A DNA stretch of 64,000 nt from Marsupella aquatica (lineage: Eukaryota; Plantae; Marchantiophyta), in contig OZ316898.1 in the NCBI GenBank assembly GCA_973895155.1, forward strand, positions 20,037,292-20,101,291, read 5' to 3'. The notes below the pieces were generated by a model. It was not told where the DNA came from, ran no database searches, and worked only from the letters and a program-made list of their open reading frames with translations. The position numbers were made by a program, and so were the translations under genes. Shown piece by piece: positions 1-13,840 of the stretch (within the stretch, counting starts at the first letter, position 1; the number at the start of each line of letters is the position of its first letter).

Positions 1-139
1 TCAACCCCATCAGACTCTTTATGCCCCAATCAACCCCCAAAGCCTATTTCTTACCCAAGGGACCCTCTTTTGCACTTTTGTACAGAAAATACATGTATTC
101 TCAGTATTTTCCACTACTGGGACCTTGAACCCAATTCAT

Positions 140-422
140 TTTTTATTTTTTATTTTTTATTTTTTTCCAAAAGCTGGAAGGGACCGGAACCCGAACAGCA
201 CAGCCCAGAGGACGAAAGCCGCCCCAAAAAAGCACAGCCCGGGCCAGGCCGCACACACCGAAAAAAGAAAAGAAAAAAAACCGCTAGTCAGGCCAGAAGG
301 CCCTATGTAACCACCAGGTGGTGTCAAGCGTGACAATCCACTGGTAAACATTGTTCCACTGCGCATAGCAGGTGCTCCTATTCTGTCTTTCACTATGATT
401 CTTATCCTTCTGCTTGTTGTTG
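140..422 (-). mobile_element. 5'-truncated non-LTR retroelement (LINE 3' end or SINE) with A-rich tail and 15-bp TSD
   Basis: Perfect direct repeat TTGAACCCAATTCAT at 125-139 and 423-437. On the minus strand the insert ends in an (AAAAAT)n tail at 140-166. Confidence 0.8.
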
Positions 423-2060
423 TTGAACCCAATTCATGACATCACTGTGTACGAAGACTATAGTCTACCCAAACTGTGAGTGCAAGCAACTTGACTGTCA
501 TCTTCACCGCATGGGTTAGGGCCGGCGGAGATTGTGATAACCAAAACTCTAGAATGCAAGACTAGTATGTCTTCATCCCCATCTTCATATGTTTATTGCT
601 AGCTAATGCATCCTCATAGAATGTGTTCAAGGGTTCATTGTCTCACGTTCTGTCAGTATAATTTTTGTTGGTCTTGGAAGTGAAAAGAGAAAAGTTGTTT
701 CTCTTTTTATAGGTGGTGGTTTAAGGTCCACTACATACACTAACACAACGACAATTGAGCCAAGATGTGTCATGTATGGAGCTATTAATGCAAGACCAAC
801 CCTTCCAGCATCTCCAATGCTATATTCTATTTCCTGACTGCATACATTAAATATAGCATGTTGAGTTAACTTTTATTATATTCCTGTATATGTAGCAAGA
901 GTGGTATGCCAAAATGCAAGCCCAATGGTTGCTGGGTATTTGTACTAAATCTTCAAATATACATCATGGGACACTAACATTTGGATCTTGGATAATCCAG
1001 CAATGAACCAGTCAGTATTCAAGTCAATGGGCTCAAAACCAGTTCCAATAACAAAAAATCACTAGGCTGATAACTGAATAGCAATGTACCTAACTCATAA
1101 AGATGTCTCAAAGCTTCAAAGTTGAGGACATGGCTTTAGCCCATAAACAAATGACCATGTAAAAAACAAATTTGGTTTATTAGCAGTATAGACAATGACT
1201 TACGGTCATGGTATATGACCAATCTTTATGGCAAAAAGCTATGACTTTTGAACCAACTTTACTAGATTTTGGTCAGAGCAGAGCATTAGAATAAACCCAA
1301 TCCCATAACCCTTGGAGTTGCTCTTATTAGATACCTTACGGTTTTGATTAAAAAACCATTGGTCAACACATCCAGGATAAAAGTGACCTACATTCAAGGA
1401 GCCCACTAGCAGGGGACTATGGTAGGTAAAGTTTTATCAGATTGTGCCCCAAGTTCAGATAACGTGATATAGCATGCTCATCCTGGAACATGCTTGAGTT
1501 TTTGTCTTGTAGTGATTTGAAAGGAAATAAAATATGAAAACATAACTAGAAGAATTGGTGCACAATGAAAAGTACAATCCAGGATGCTACCATGTGTGCA
1601 CTTAATTCAATTAATGACACCCATTCCAATAAAAACCATAAACTTAGGAAAGAAAGACATGAGGGGAACCTAAGACACAAATTATTTCTCTCATTCATGA
1701 GAATGTTCAAGTGGTGTAAAGTTTCATTACATCTCTAATAAATCACAAACATTAAAATTTATAAGGGGGCTGCCAAAATAAGCTCAAAATACTTCAGAAT
1801 CTTAAACATTAAAGGGGTCCATAAATTAATTAAAAATGTATATGATACACAGGTTGCCCTTTGATAAGGCACATTGAAATAAAAATATATGACAACAAAA
1901 CTCTGAGTAAGACAAATCTGAAAGGTGGATTCACCATATAGCAGTTTCAATATACTAATACTTGTAAAGCCCAAGCTGAATTTTGTTCTAGGTGACGGAC
2001 ATAGATTCCAGGAGGGAACCTGCTGCAGAGTTTCCTTCACTAAAATCCAAAAAAGCTACA

Positions 2061-2464
2061 TAACACCATTAAATGATGAACACGTTCTCATAGAATAGAA
2101 GCGAGTCTTATTTTTCACACGAAAGTGTGTTTTACCAAAGGACGAAAACCCCACGCCAAAAAGGAGTCTCCAGTCCGACACTGTACAATGTCAGTAAGGA
2201 GTAACCTGAATTAATGCATAGGTAAAGTTCTATCAGATTGTGCCCCAAGTTCAGATAAAGTGAAATATGGCTGAACACGCTAAGATTGCATATCACGCAA
2301 TAACATCATTAAATGATGAACACGTTCTCATAGAATAGAAGCGAGTATTATTTTTCACACGAAAGTCTGTTTACCAAAGGACGAAAACCCCACGCCAAAA
2401 AGGAGTCCCCAGTCCGACACGGTACAATGTCAGTGAGGAGTAACCTGAATTAATGCATAGGTAC
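2061..2464. repeat. Direct duplication of a ~165-bp segment, period ~240 bp
   Basis: taaca(c/t)cattaaatgatgaacacgttctc...gaattaatgcataggta at 2061-2224 and 2301-2464. The spacer ggtaaagtt(t/c)tatcagattgtgccccaagttcagataa also occurs at ~1425-1462. Confidence 0.85.
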
Positions 2465-4139
2465 TATGTTAACCTGTCAACGGTACAAAGTGGTGAAAGT
2501 ACTGCCAGAGTACACCGTAATGGGCGGCAGCCGCCCTGACAGAGGAAGAATGTTTTGGCCAGAGGCTGAGAGGCATGTGCCACATTCGATCATGGACCTT
2601 TCAGACCATAGGCTGACTGTGTAAGGTAGAGCTGGTACACTACTCGACAGCACTTACTAAAGCTGGGGATTCAGTATTATTTTGTATTTTTGTTTATGTT
2701 GTTTGTGCTTTTTGTGCTTTCTGACTTTTTCTGGCCCTTTGGCTATTTGCCTATTTTGCCTTCGCAGGTTGTTCCTTTGTTTTCTTTTGTTGTCCTTCTT
2801 GTATTAGGTTTACTGCACAACTTTAGATTATTCTATCACTAAAGATGTTCAGGTCTTCCCACGTTTTTCTTTTGTTGTCCTTCTTGCATTCGGTCTACAA
2901 TTTTTAATTATCTTATCACTAAAGATTGATAGTAATACCATAATTTTTATTGTATTTATAAATATGTCATAGTTTTGTAGGAAGAATACAAATTTAGCAA
3001 AAGAATGACAATATTATAGATTAGAATATCTTTAGTGTCGGTGTAGTTAAAAGTTGAATAAGTATATAGGGTGTTATGTCCCTGTGTAGTGCTTTTTGAT
3101 CTTGTGCAATGTTACATGATCTTCTAAGTGCTTTTACAAGAACTTCTGCTTCTATGGTTTTCTTTTGTTCATTTTTGGGTTTTCAGGTTGCATTGGCCTC
3201 GTTTCTATGCTTGGTAGTGTTGTCCTCTTTGGACTTTTTTGCTTTTAGATCCCTTCCTTGTAATTAGTTTATTCCCTTTTATAAAAACTGTGGTTCTATT
3301 GTATGGGTTTTTAGAGGAACTTGGGCTGAGGCAGTTCTTATTTTCTATGTGTGAGATGCAATCTTAGTCATTCAAATGTGAGAACAGGCTAGACTTCACT
3401 TTACATGAACTTGGGGCACACAATCATACTAAAGCATTGATCCTACTGTTGTAGTTTGCCAATAGGCTCCTTGTTTTGCTAATATGTGCATCGTCTTTTT
3501 TGTCAAAGGATTATACCTCCTCTTGAGGTGGTCTAAATTAATCCGTGGACCCCATGTTCATCCAAGGAATGTGTGTGATAAAGTGAAATTAATTTTCTAC
3601 AAGGCGGTAACCAATGGTTTTGAGTCTCCCGGTGATCTTGGCGTGTGCTCGTACCAAAGAGAACGCTCAAACCGATAAAGGAGATCGATCTGATTGAGAT
3701 GATCTCTTTGGTTCATCAAATCAAAGGTTGAATGAGTAGGAATGTTTTGGACGGTTTTTGCTCACACATTGGAAAAATCGTGTTTCTACCATTCCTGATT
3801 GATTGTTTGTGAGTTACGTTGAGCATTACCGCCACAAGACAGACCAGAGAACATCACTCAGCTGTTGCCAAAAGGGTGCTTGTCATTTTGGTGGGAAGAA
3901 CGCACAAAACAGACAAGTCATCACTTCACATACAGGTTTTGTAGTTTTTTTAATTTAAGAAAGCTATTGTGTGAGGGGGAGACCAATGATTGTTTCTTTG
4001 ACACAGAGGCTACATTTGGTGTCAGCTTGTGTTCAGAGTGAGCTTTGTTGAAGCCTATCAAAGGGATGCAAACAATTCAAGTCATAAAGCAAGCGATGAC
4101 AACGTAATCAAAGAAATCAATTTGTAGTGGCTAAGTTTG

Positions 4140-4680
4140 TGACGATGTTGGGATTGTGATGTCTCTTAATAGAGAAAGGGTTTCCAATGAGCCTCGGATT
4201 GACAATTTTGTCAAGTTCCATACAAGTTTTTGAATATCTTTGTCGATCCAATGAGTGTGACAATAAAAGATTTTGATCATGAGCGGGATCATGAGTTCAT
4301 GAATTCTTTTAGCATTTCAATATTGAGTCTGACATTGACAAATTTCATGTCAGATTTTGTCATGATACTAAAGAGATCATGAGATTTTCAATCTCTCTAG
4401 CTTTCTAATATGTGACATTGGTAATCAAGAATTAGAGAGATCATGAGTATCTAAATTAATTTCTCTAACTTTCCAATGAACTTAACATTGATAGATTTTG
4501 TGAAGTACTAAGGAGATGATGAGGATCTAATTTTGCTCTAGCTTAGTTTCCAATGAATGTGACATTGAGAGATTTTATCAAGACAATACTAAAGAGGTCA
4601 TGAATTCCTAAATTTTGATCTTGAATGAGTTTCCTTTCTAATGAATCGAACATTGACAAATTTTATCAAGTATTAAGGAA
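4140..4680. repeat. Degenerate minisatellite (~60-80 bp units)
   Basis: Recurrent ccaatga..gtgacattgac.aattttgtca.g.tactaa.gagatcatgag blocks. Confidence 0.65.
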
Positions 4681-6069
4681 ATTGATTATTTTTACAATGT
4701 GGAGCCAAAAGGGTTCTAATACAAGTGTACATTTCTATGTATTAGTTGTTTTAAATTTGCAAACAATTATATATTATAAACATTTTGATGTAAAACACTG
4801 ATATATCATTGACAAACATTAGAATGGTAACTTTATTTGCGCCCCCAAAATTACGTTTCTTTTGCCACAAACAGGAATGTGCCCTTTTGTTACTGTCATA
4901 ATTAAGATATTTCCTGTTTGTGGCTGGTTGTGCTGATGTGGTGCAACCTCGTGGCAGGGAATTTGCAAGGAACCTCTCATGGGGGTCCGTAATCTCATTC
5001 GACCAACCTACCACTCCTATTCCAAGTCTTTGTTTTTATTATCTCTAAACCTGTGGGCCTTTGCATTTATCATCTCCATACCTTACACATTTGGCCCAAA
5101 TAGTGTGTTTCAAAGCCTAACGTTAACAAGATAAAGCCTCCCATAACTCCAACATTACAGGAACTCCCGTAAAAGTTATGGGAGTTGATCTTCAACTACC
5201 ATAAGGAAAGCCCAAGAGCTCAAAATTTAACCCACAACTTTAGGTGCAAATCCGGAAATTCGAAAATCAATTCTCCATATTAACTTGAGAAAGCCACAAC
5301 TGAAGGCAGGTGGGCTTTGCACCTGACATGGTGATCATGGCTGCTGTATTTGAGATGGCGACTGATCAAGAATGGAGGAAAAAAGAATATAGGTAATAAG
5401 ACAGGTGAGGTCTGCCTTATGGGATGGGTCAATGCTACCTCAATGACACCATGGGGTCCTGATGGAAAATGTTCAATTTGATGCTCCCATGGCCAGTTGC
5501 CTAATAGTCTAACTACACTAACAGTACTGTAGGTAACTGTTGTAGTAGGCCCCTGAGAAACTATCCACCCACCCTGCACATGGAGAAATTTTACACATGG
5601 GGTCCACGTGGATAACGTTCAAGTTGATGCTCCCATGGACTAATTACGAATATTCTGTGACGTTGAGTATAATGTGGATCACCTGGGTTGCAATATCCCA
5701 TAGGAGCATTTTGGCGAAAGTGAAATGTTGCCAGGTTTGCTTTAGATGTGGATCTTTAGTCCATCCCACTAATGTACTGATAACAATATTCCTCTTTCTT
5801 GTCTTCTTCTTATATGGTTTTCCGGGTTACATTTGCCTCTTTTTGTTGTGTTTGGTGTTTGTCCTCTTTGGACCCATTTTTTTTTCTTTCCCTCCATTGT
5901 ACTTTGTTTATTCCTTTGTCGTTTGTTTATCTCCTTTTGGATTAATTATGGTTCTTCCCTTTTGAGTCTTTGAGGGAACTGTGTTTTTTTTTTTTCTCTT
6001 GGTGGGTCTTGTAGCCCTCGCCATTGCAATTGCCATTTTGCAGGTTGGGATACGCAGGCAGTGGGGGGC

Positions 6070-7200
6070 TATTATTATTATTATTATGTTCTTTATTTTT
6101 GGAAAAGGGGCACAGCCCGAGAAACTTTATTCAAAGAAACCAAGAGTACAACCTCCGCCAAAAGAGGGGGCAGGAGAAAGAAGGACCAAAAAGACAATTA
6201 AGGGGGCTGAAAGAGGTAGCACACCCAGAGAAAAAGAAGAAAGAGCCCCACCAGCCTATGTGCCTGGTGAGAAGAAGGCAGAAGAGAAAGGGGAGGAGGA
6301 GCATCAGAGCAAAAACGAGCACTCAAAAGCCAGAATAGCCCAATGTAAAACTCTGGAACCACCATAACTGCAAATCCACCCTAAATGCACCCAGGGTCAA
6401 TCCGGAACATAACCATAAACCACTCCAGTGGGGTTCTATTATTGTGCACTGATTTATTCACTTTCCATTGCTCTCCCTACTGTAGCATCCAGTAGTCTCT
6501 CATGCAGCCAGGGGAACTTCTCCCAATACAAAGCAGAACTGCATTACAGCTAGTGGTCAGAAATGACAAGCACATTAAAGGCAACACTCAAAATCTAAAC
6601 TCACAAGCACATTGAAGGCAACACTTTTGAGGCTGAAAATTAGTTATGACATAGTAATGTGGTGAATGGGCGACATGAAGACTAGTTTTCTAGGTTGATC
6701 ATGGTCAATACTTGTTAACAGGATCATAGGGATGCAAACGTTGTATAAAGAAATCTGCACTTGTTAATAGGTGCTCAATGAATTCATTTAAAGCAGTATT
6801 GCTTCGTCCAGGAGTTTTAGCAATTTGTTGAATTGAGTAGGCTTACACAAGTTACCTTCTTTCTCCGTTGCTTTGGGATCATGGAGTACTATTTGCAGAC
6901 TAAGGGCTATACTGCTAAGTTTGCCAATGTGTATGAATAGTCAGAAATTGTCAGCTGATTAGTTCTGTCCTGAAGCATTTTGATATCAGCACCTCAAGGG
7001 TGTACCCTCTGAGGTGTTGCCATTGCCTGGCCAGTCTATTTTAATCTCCGACCTTTCTTTGATTTCTCAGAGGTTTATGATGGCATGCAATCAACCATTT
7101 GGTGCAGGCCCTGGTGCTCAACCACACTTCAGCCTGTCACTTCATTGCTATTTCTCTGATTGTATGTACAACGCCCCCATACCTCAATCCCAGTCATAGC
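6070..7200 (-). mobile_element. Decayed LINE-like 3' fragment
   Basis: The minus strand ends tgtactc...aataaagtttctcgggctgtgccccttttccaaaaataaag, like a plant L1 3' UTR. It shares gcacagccc motifs with the 140-422 insert. No intact ORF or TSD was found. Confidence 0.4.
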
Positions 7201-8570
7201 CCCGCCTTACCTTCTGGACTGGCTGAAGCACAAACGGCAGTCAGAATCTGTCCTTAGAAGTTCCATTGGACTGGGAGAAAATCATATTCTGACTTCTCCA
7301 GATATTTTCAAATAGAGGAAAGCACAAGGAAACTCACTCTCGGGACGAAGTCGCCCTTCAGATTGTCACATAACTGTGAGTAATATGCGAGCCTGTAAGA
7401 CTCTCACAAGGGTGACAAATTTTGCGTTCGAGCTCGGGGCTAAGCTCTTAAAAAACAAGACTATCTTGAACATTTTCCCGAAACAATTTGCATGGAAACA
7501 GACCTAATACCTCAATGAAATCGAATGATTCTCCACTTCAATACATTGTAGCGCACGAAGACTTATGAAATTTCAGGGGCAGACCAGCACAAACTAAAAC
7601 GGCACTGGACAAGAGGGCACCTAAACAGAATCTCATCTCAAGAATAGGAGAGCCCGGTGGCCTAGTGGTGGCTACAGCAGCTACGTTGAGTTCTCAGTGG
7701 TTATAAAATTTGTCATTTCAGTTTTTGTTATTCACACGTTAGAAGGATTGAAGTTGGGGAGGTAAGGACTTATCTTGTGCCTAACTAGCAGGAGATTTTG
7801 GGGCAGTTATGAGGCACGTAATTGTTGCAGCAAGTTACAAAAACCATCCATAATGCTCATTACGGTACCCCCAAACGGTCATATAATCTTCACATGTGCA
7901 ATGATACAACAATTTTAATCCAACAATGTGCGTGACCTGACAATAGCTTCAGCCAAATGAGCTCTCAAACCGAAAAATGATTTTTAAACGGTCAATGCTG
8001 GAGGACTTTTGCAACCCGATCTTACAAATGCAGAACCGAAGGACGTCTCATAGGGCTTATGGGCAAACAACAGACTTTAAGATAATTACGACCAAGGTAC
8101 TATGCGATGGAAAGAGAGTATGGAGAAGAAGGTAGGAACTTAGATCTGGAAGGTACTAGAGTGTTAGGGAGCTTTTGATGATTCCTCCATGATGCGATCC
8201 GTAAGCCACTTATCATCAATTCCGTGGAATCAGACCCCATTTCCTGTTTTCGTTCTTCTATCTCGCTCCAAGTACTTTGCAAAACATTAGCCACAACCAT
8301 AACCAGTTTCGTGCCGTGGCCACACTGCCCCGCAAACACCGAAACCAGATTGAAGCAAGAGCATCCCAAGCAACGCTCCAATAGCACAAACCCTTTATCT
8401 GAAGGATAACCAGACAGTGAGAAATCCATACGTGAGAAATGCCGCCTGTATATTTCGGTGTATCTTTAAATACCATGGTGATGCAATCTCAACGACTAAG
8501 AAATTACCCGAAATAAGAGGAATCTTGGTTGACCTCGGGCAGGCAAGACGGAAACGAGATAGAACCAAGC

Positions 8571-11564
8571 TCAAGTCTTCCAAAGTCGGATTGTCATATC
8601 TGTTGATGACGTGAGCATGAAATTATCTGTGGGATGGTAGGAAACCCCAGTTACCTGCAAAAGCAAAGCATCAAATGAATGGCAAGAATGTGAGGTACCG
8701 CTCTACAAAAATGGCGTCGTCTTCGAACCTCGATAGCTTACTGAACAGCCAGATATGATTCGCATTTACTTGGAAATAAAAGATGTAGTCTAAACAAAAA
8801 TCATGGTCAGGGTACAAAATCCACATTCAGTTAGACGAAAACAATATTAATTATAAGAGTTCTAACAGGCAACCAAGTAGAGCGAGTACGCAAATTGAAA
8901 TCACAAAAGCAGGAAAAAAAGGATATAGCGAGTCATCACAATACCACAGATGCGTGAGCTTTGAAAGATGTAACTTTAGATGGATCAACAAGATCCCAGA
9001 AGTAGATACGGCCATCTTCAGATCCACTAACAATGTGAGCGTCGGAGTTGGTTAAGCAACTGTCCATCTTGAAAGACTGAAGACGATCAATGAACAATTC
9101 CAAGTTCTTAGATAAGAATCAGACGAAAGCATACCACAAAGGCTATAAAAATGAGGAGGCATGCAACTTCTCTGGAGAACAAGGACCTGGGATAGCAGTG
9201 AGAAATGGATGTTTAATAATAGTATTTGAGCTAGACTTCCACACTGGTAAATTGGGGTTCAACCTGGTTTTGGTGCCCTCTGTACTGTTGAAGTTGCTCC
9301 CCGGTTTCCCTAAACACAATTCAAGCCATTGACATGCTGCAATTTATGATCTCAAAAATTTCCTTTAAACTGTAATCCAATAACAAAAGCTTTAGGATGT
9401 TTGACCCAAGAAAATACAGTCCAGTGTACACAAGGTTATCAAGAGTCCTTAGAACCAGTACAGAGAGAAACCGCAACAGACTACATGGTCGTCAAGCAAT
9501 TCACTACGAGCTCAGATCTCCTTTCGGTTCTCTTAAGTGCCGAGACTGGCGATAGAATCAAAGAGGAAAGAGGGGGAACCACCTGTCTAGCAGGCGTAAA
9601 GTTGAATCAAGGCAGCCTGCTAGGGTACAATTGCCGTCATTTGACAGAGAGACGCTTGTTACAGAATGCCTCAAATTATCCACGAGCTGCCTGGAATAAA
9701 TAAAAGGTGCAGGAATTAGCTTTTGTCGTTCATTTGCCTATGTATGTACCCATCATACTACATGTGAAACCAGGTGAGCTCTGCCAATAATTGCCAAAAC
9801 AATGATATTGAAAAGAGAACTGTGTTCCCACCTGCCTCCTCTAACATCGAAAGTATGGACAGTTCCATCAACAGCACCTGCAATAATTTCAGTTGGGGTG
9901 ACGACCACAGACATGACACTGTCCGAAAATTCATCGATTTTCTGCAGGCACAGAAAACCTTCCATCAATATATTTATAATGCGTCTAACCGAGACTAGAT
10001 TTACGCAGGAGTCCTGTCGGCAAAGGGGATCCTTATTGCACAAAATATTTTTGTTGTTCCTTTACCTGGCTCAAGATAGCCAGCAAACAGAATCGTTGAG
10101 CGGAAAAAAAGCCGAACTGGATGGAGATTTTCCTAGAGCTTAAAATTAAATAGCTTACCTGGACAGGGTCAATACTATTTGATCTGCAGTCCCAGACTTG
10201 CACCATCTTATCATCACCCCCTGAGACAATGCATGTTGCTAATTCATGGAACTTTACAGAGTTAACCTGCAGACAAGAGGTCAACGTAAGAAGACCAGGA
10301 CAATCACCACTAGGCTCCGGCCTCTCCTTCACGAGTATCTCAGTTGTGTAGCCATGACACAGATTTGCATATCGGATGTACGAATATTCTTCCACACTAC
10401 TTTCCAGTTCGGTGATTACTCAACAGGAACAATTTCTGCCTGATGCCCCAGTACCCAACAAAACAATCACGCATTCCTGACAAGACAACCTACTGTCAAA
10501 TCCAATATCTTGATGGTAAAAGACCAAATGATTACAATGTCCATACCATCAGTACTCAATAGTTATCGATAAAAACATAAAACTCTGATGAAACCAAAAT
10601 TCAATCCACGGCATCAGAGACAAGTCACCCATCAGAGACAACAGTAATAGAGGTACCGTGTGGGACTTTTGAAAACGAAACACGCCAAAGCAAGTTTCAA
10701 CTTGAAAAGCAACACCATGACGACATTTTCTGAATGTTACTAGTAAGACTCCCCTTTGTCTCCATCACATTGAACCTCAGAGACGATATTTAGGTCGTTC
10801 AGAAAGGAAGAAGAGTAGAAATTGAAAAGTGGGCCACACAGAATGTGCAGAATCAGCTTTTGACACATTCGTGGAGTCTCCCATGGGTAATCGTGAGATA
10901 GAGGAGGAGGTTTTCTACCAAAAAACCTCCTCCACTTTTCCACACTTGAAGGAGAAACTATATGATGACGTTGGTTAGTGTAGAGACCTCTCTGTCATGA
11001 CCACGAAATTTGCGTATTATGCGGCCAGTAGAAACATCCCAGTAGAAAATCTGTCGATCTCCTCCACATGAACACAGCTTAGAATTGTCCCTGTCGACAG
11101 ATGAAGCCCAGAATTAAACCAAAATCCAGCAAGATTACGACACAGAATTGGCTTCTAACCACCCATTCACACTGTTTGTACAAGTTAGGCTCCCAATGGG
11201 CCTCTTGCACTTACTGGTACAACCACAACCTCAACCACAGGACGGTTCCCTCACTTTAAACCTCACGACCATACTTTTATTGTACCGTTCAAACAAGTAT
11301 ACGTCAAGAACCATCCTTCCGGTTCGACAAAGGTACCCAGACAGATTGGTACCTCGACGCAGCAGCATCCCGGATCTCTCTCCCATGGCCTTCATATTTC
11401 CGTATCAGCAATTGCTTGTATGGATTCCACAGCCTGAGCGAGCGATCCTTTCCACCGCTAAGGCAGTATTTTCCATCACTGTTCCATCGCACAGTCAGCG
11501 CTGCGCCCTCGTGACCACGCAGGACAGCAGCTTCCCTGCTAGGTAATTTTTCGGAGCTCAACAT
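8571..11564 (-). CDS. WDR83: WD40-repeat protein WDR83/MORG1 homolog, 300 aa, 8 exons (11564-11353, 11090-10988, 10266-10159, 9941-9832, 9690-9583, 9309-9264, 9076-8945, 8654-8571)
   Basis: All introns are GT-AG and phase-compatible, giving 903 nt. The translation includes LRGHEGAALTVRWNSDGKYCLSGGKDRSLRLWNP, DNSKLCSCGGDRQIFYWDVSTGRIIRKFRGHD, VWDCRSNSIDPVQ, SLSNDGNCTLAGCLDSTLRLLDR, YRGHQNQSFKMDSCLTNSDAHIVSGSEDG and ends IRLWKT*. These match MORG1/WDR83. Confidence 0.93.
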
Positions 11565-11831
11565 TTCACTAAACCCTCAGTACTGTTTCCACCATCACTG
11601 CCAATACTCCAATGCGGACGACACAGAGAGAAATGGAAGCAGAGTAAATGGAATGCGTGTTCTTTTGTCTACCAATTTGCTTGTTTGCTCTCTTCGCCGC
11701 CCTTTCCCGATTGCAATTGGACCGATGATGAAGGATCCTCATTAGACGGACTAGTAGTCTTCCTGGTACGGTGCGTGATGAATGTTACATTATTAGCGTC
11801 GCGCTGGGTCATTACTATGGCATTCACAACA

Positions 11832-11934
11832 AAACTCAAGCTCGAGGCTCATTAAGACTCTCCTTAAACTCAAGCTCGAGGTTCATTAAGAGTCTCCGTA
11901 AACTCAAGCTCGAGGCTCATTAAGAACCTCCGTA
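11832..11934. repeat. 3 x ~33-bp tandem repeat upstream of WDR83
   Basis: aaactcaagctcgagg(c/t)tcattaaga.tctcc.t repeated three times, ~270-370 bp upstream of the ATG. Confidence 0.9.
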
Positions 11935-11985
11935 GGTAGCTGCCCGCATACAAGCCCGGGCGAGTCAAAAAAATTCCAGTGTCAA

Positions 11986-12220
11986 TAGGGTATGAATGAA
12001 ACCCCACTTTTGGGTGGGGTGAATGTTAAAAGACTCCTTTGCTCAGTCGATTCGAACGTGACTCCCCTATCCCAGTTAGCACCTCTACCATGCAGCCCAT
12101 AGGGTATGAATGAACCCCACTTTTGGGTGGGGTGAATGTTAAAAGACTTGTTTGCTCACTGGATTTGAACTTGAGACCTCCCTTGCCCCACTGAGCACCT
12201 CTACCATGCAGCCCATAGGC
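11986..12220 (-). repeat. Tandem pair (~112-bp period) of a tRNA-derived SINE-like unit
   Basis: Two copies. The minus strand shows an A-box-like TGGGCTGCATGGTAGAG and a B-box GTTCGAATC / GTTCAAATC. No full cloverleaf. Confidence 0.5.
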
Positions 12221-13572
12221 AGCTGGTGACCATATTGAAACGTGCCCAGTATTTAACATAATTCTCACGTCACGAGAAGTGGGCAGCGGGCAGCTTAGTA
12301 CAGGCTAATGGTACACCACAAGCCCATTGGCCAAAGTTAAGGGCATGCCAGGTACCACAAACAGGCAAAAAATGTTCTGGCACAAACAATAGACAGGACC
12401 CATGTTGTTTGACACACACCATGACTGTACCTTCTTTGCACATTCCAGAAAATCATAACGTACTAATACCTCAAAAGCATATAGTCACATTGAGACATAA
12501 AGTGATGATGTGGCACATTCCGATTGGCCCAAATGTTCTTAGTCAACCAATGCCCTTAACGTTTTGCCATGAATTTTCGGTCACAAATGCTGTGTCGTAC
12601 AACACATTTGTTATGTAGTACAGTTGGACGCAAAACACTATTTTACGCGCCAATGTTTAGGGTTTAGAAAAATAAATTGCATCCCTCTATTTGTATGGTT
12701 AACGTATTTATTCTCATGTTTCTAGTGAACGGAACAAGAAGCTTTGTCATTCATTGGAATAGGAACACATTTACCAATCTCGCACCTGAGATATCATATT
12801 TTCACCATAGTGTACTCTCTAGACTAAAACAACTCTCCTCGCCTTTCCAATCCCCAACAAAATACACATCCAACACAGGAGCGGAGGAAATGAAATCAAT
12901 GGTATTTGTTTTTGTAATCTTTACTTTTATGGCAGGTAAAAAAAAAGCATAAGGAATATCTGGTGCAAAAAATTTGATATGGCAACAGCATGTCCCGTGT
13001 GAAAAATTTGGTATGGCGAAACCTATGCGACAAATTTCCTATCGTGCAATACTTCTGTTGCGAACATTTTTGACCTGGTACTACAAGAACAAGAAATGTC
13101 TAGTGTGGTGCAAAATATTTTGTAAAGCATGCCTCTAGAACTGGAGTTATCGCATCGCACAAAACAATGCAAAAAAATTGTATCGTGGGTTGGTTGGTGC
13201 AAAAACTTTGGTACCGCAGGAAATCATGTGCACAACTGAAACTTTGAGTGTGCGGAAAAATGCATTCTTTACTGAGTTGGGAAAAAAAATTATGAATTAG
13301 GGAGCCAATGGAGAGGCCAGCCATAAATTAATCCACCTGTTCCATCATTATTAGTAGGACTCCCTGAAATTAGACTTCCTATCGCCAGATACTTTTTGTT
13401 CGTCAAGCCCCCTCTATTGCCGAGAGTTCTAGCCGGCCTTGCATTAGCACAAATTGCATGCACGACTCGCTAGGAGTGTGGGAACCAATTACTGGGTTGG
13501 TAAGTTAGATGGCACCCTCGACTTTCGTGGGAGAAGGTGATGTCCTTGGGGTGGCAGGTAGGTGTGATTGTA

Positions 13573-13840
13573 GAACGTTCATAATTAGAGTACACCAAGA
13601 TCTCTTCCTTTGAAATACGAGTACTCCAACAGGGGATTTGTCCATGGAGCATTCATAAGACTACCCCGAGAAAAGATTCCTTCGATATACGAGTACCCCA
13701 ACTAGGTCCTCCAGACAATAAATAGTGTTGAGGGTGCATGAACATTCATAATTCAAGTACCCTAAGATCTCTTTCCTTTGTAATACGAGTTCTCCAACAA
13801 TGGATTCCTCCACTGAGCATTCATAACACTACCCCGGGCA
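13573..13840. repeat. Diverged direct duplication of ~95 bp (period ~167 bp)
   Basis: gaac.ttcataatt...gtac.c.aagatctc...atacgagt.ctccaaca...gagcattcataa.actaccccg occurs twice. Confidence 0.75.

Noticed and set aside
5597-5965. ORF with CFRCGSLVH (zinc-knuckle-like)
   Set aside because: The CCHC motif is incomplete and the rest translates T-rich sequence. It may be a LINE ORF1 relic but is not supportable.
7650-7705. tRNA-like start GCCCGGTGGCCTAGTGG
   Set aside because: No B-box/T-arm or acceptor stem; at most a SINE remnant.
12655-12667. TTTAGGGTTTAG telomere-like word (also ~26882, ~47495)
   Set aside because: Under two units; ordinary telo-box or chance.
12570-13400. Possible transposon or Helitron 5' terminus
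   Set aside because: No partner TIR, TSD or convincing Helitron 3' hairpin-CTAG could be paired with it.
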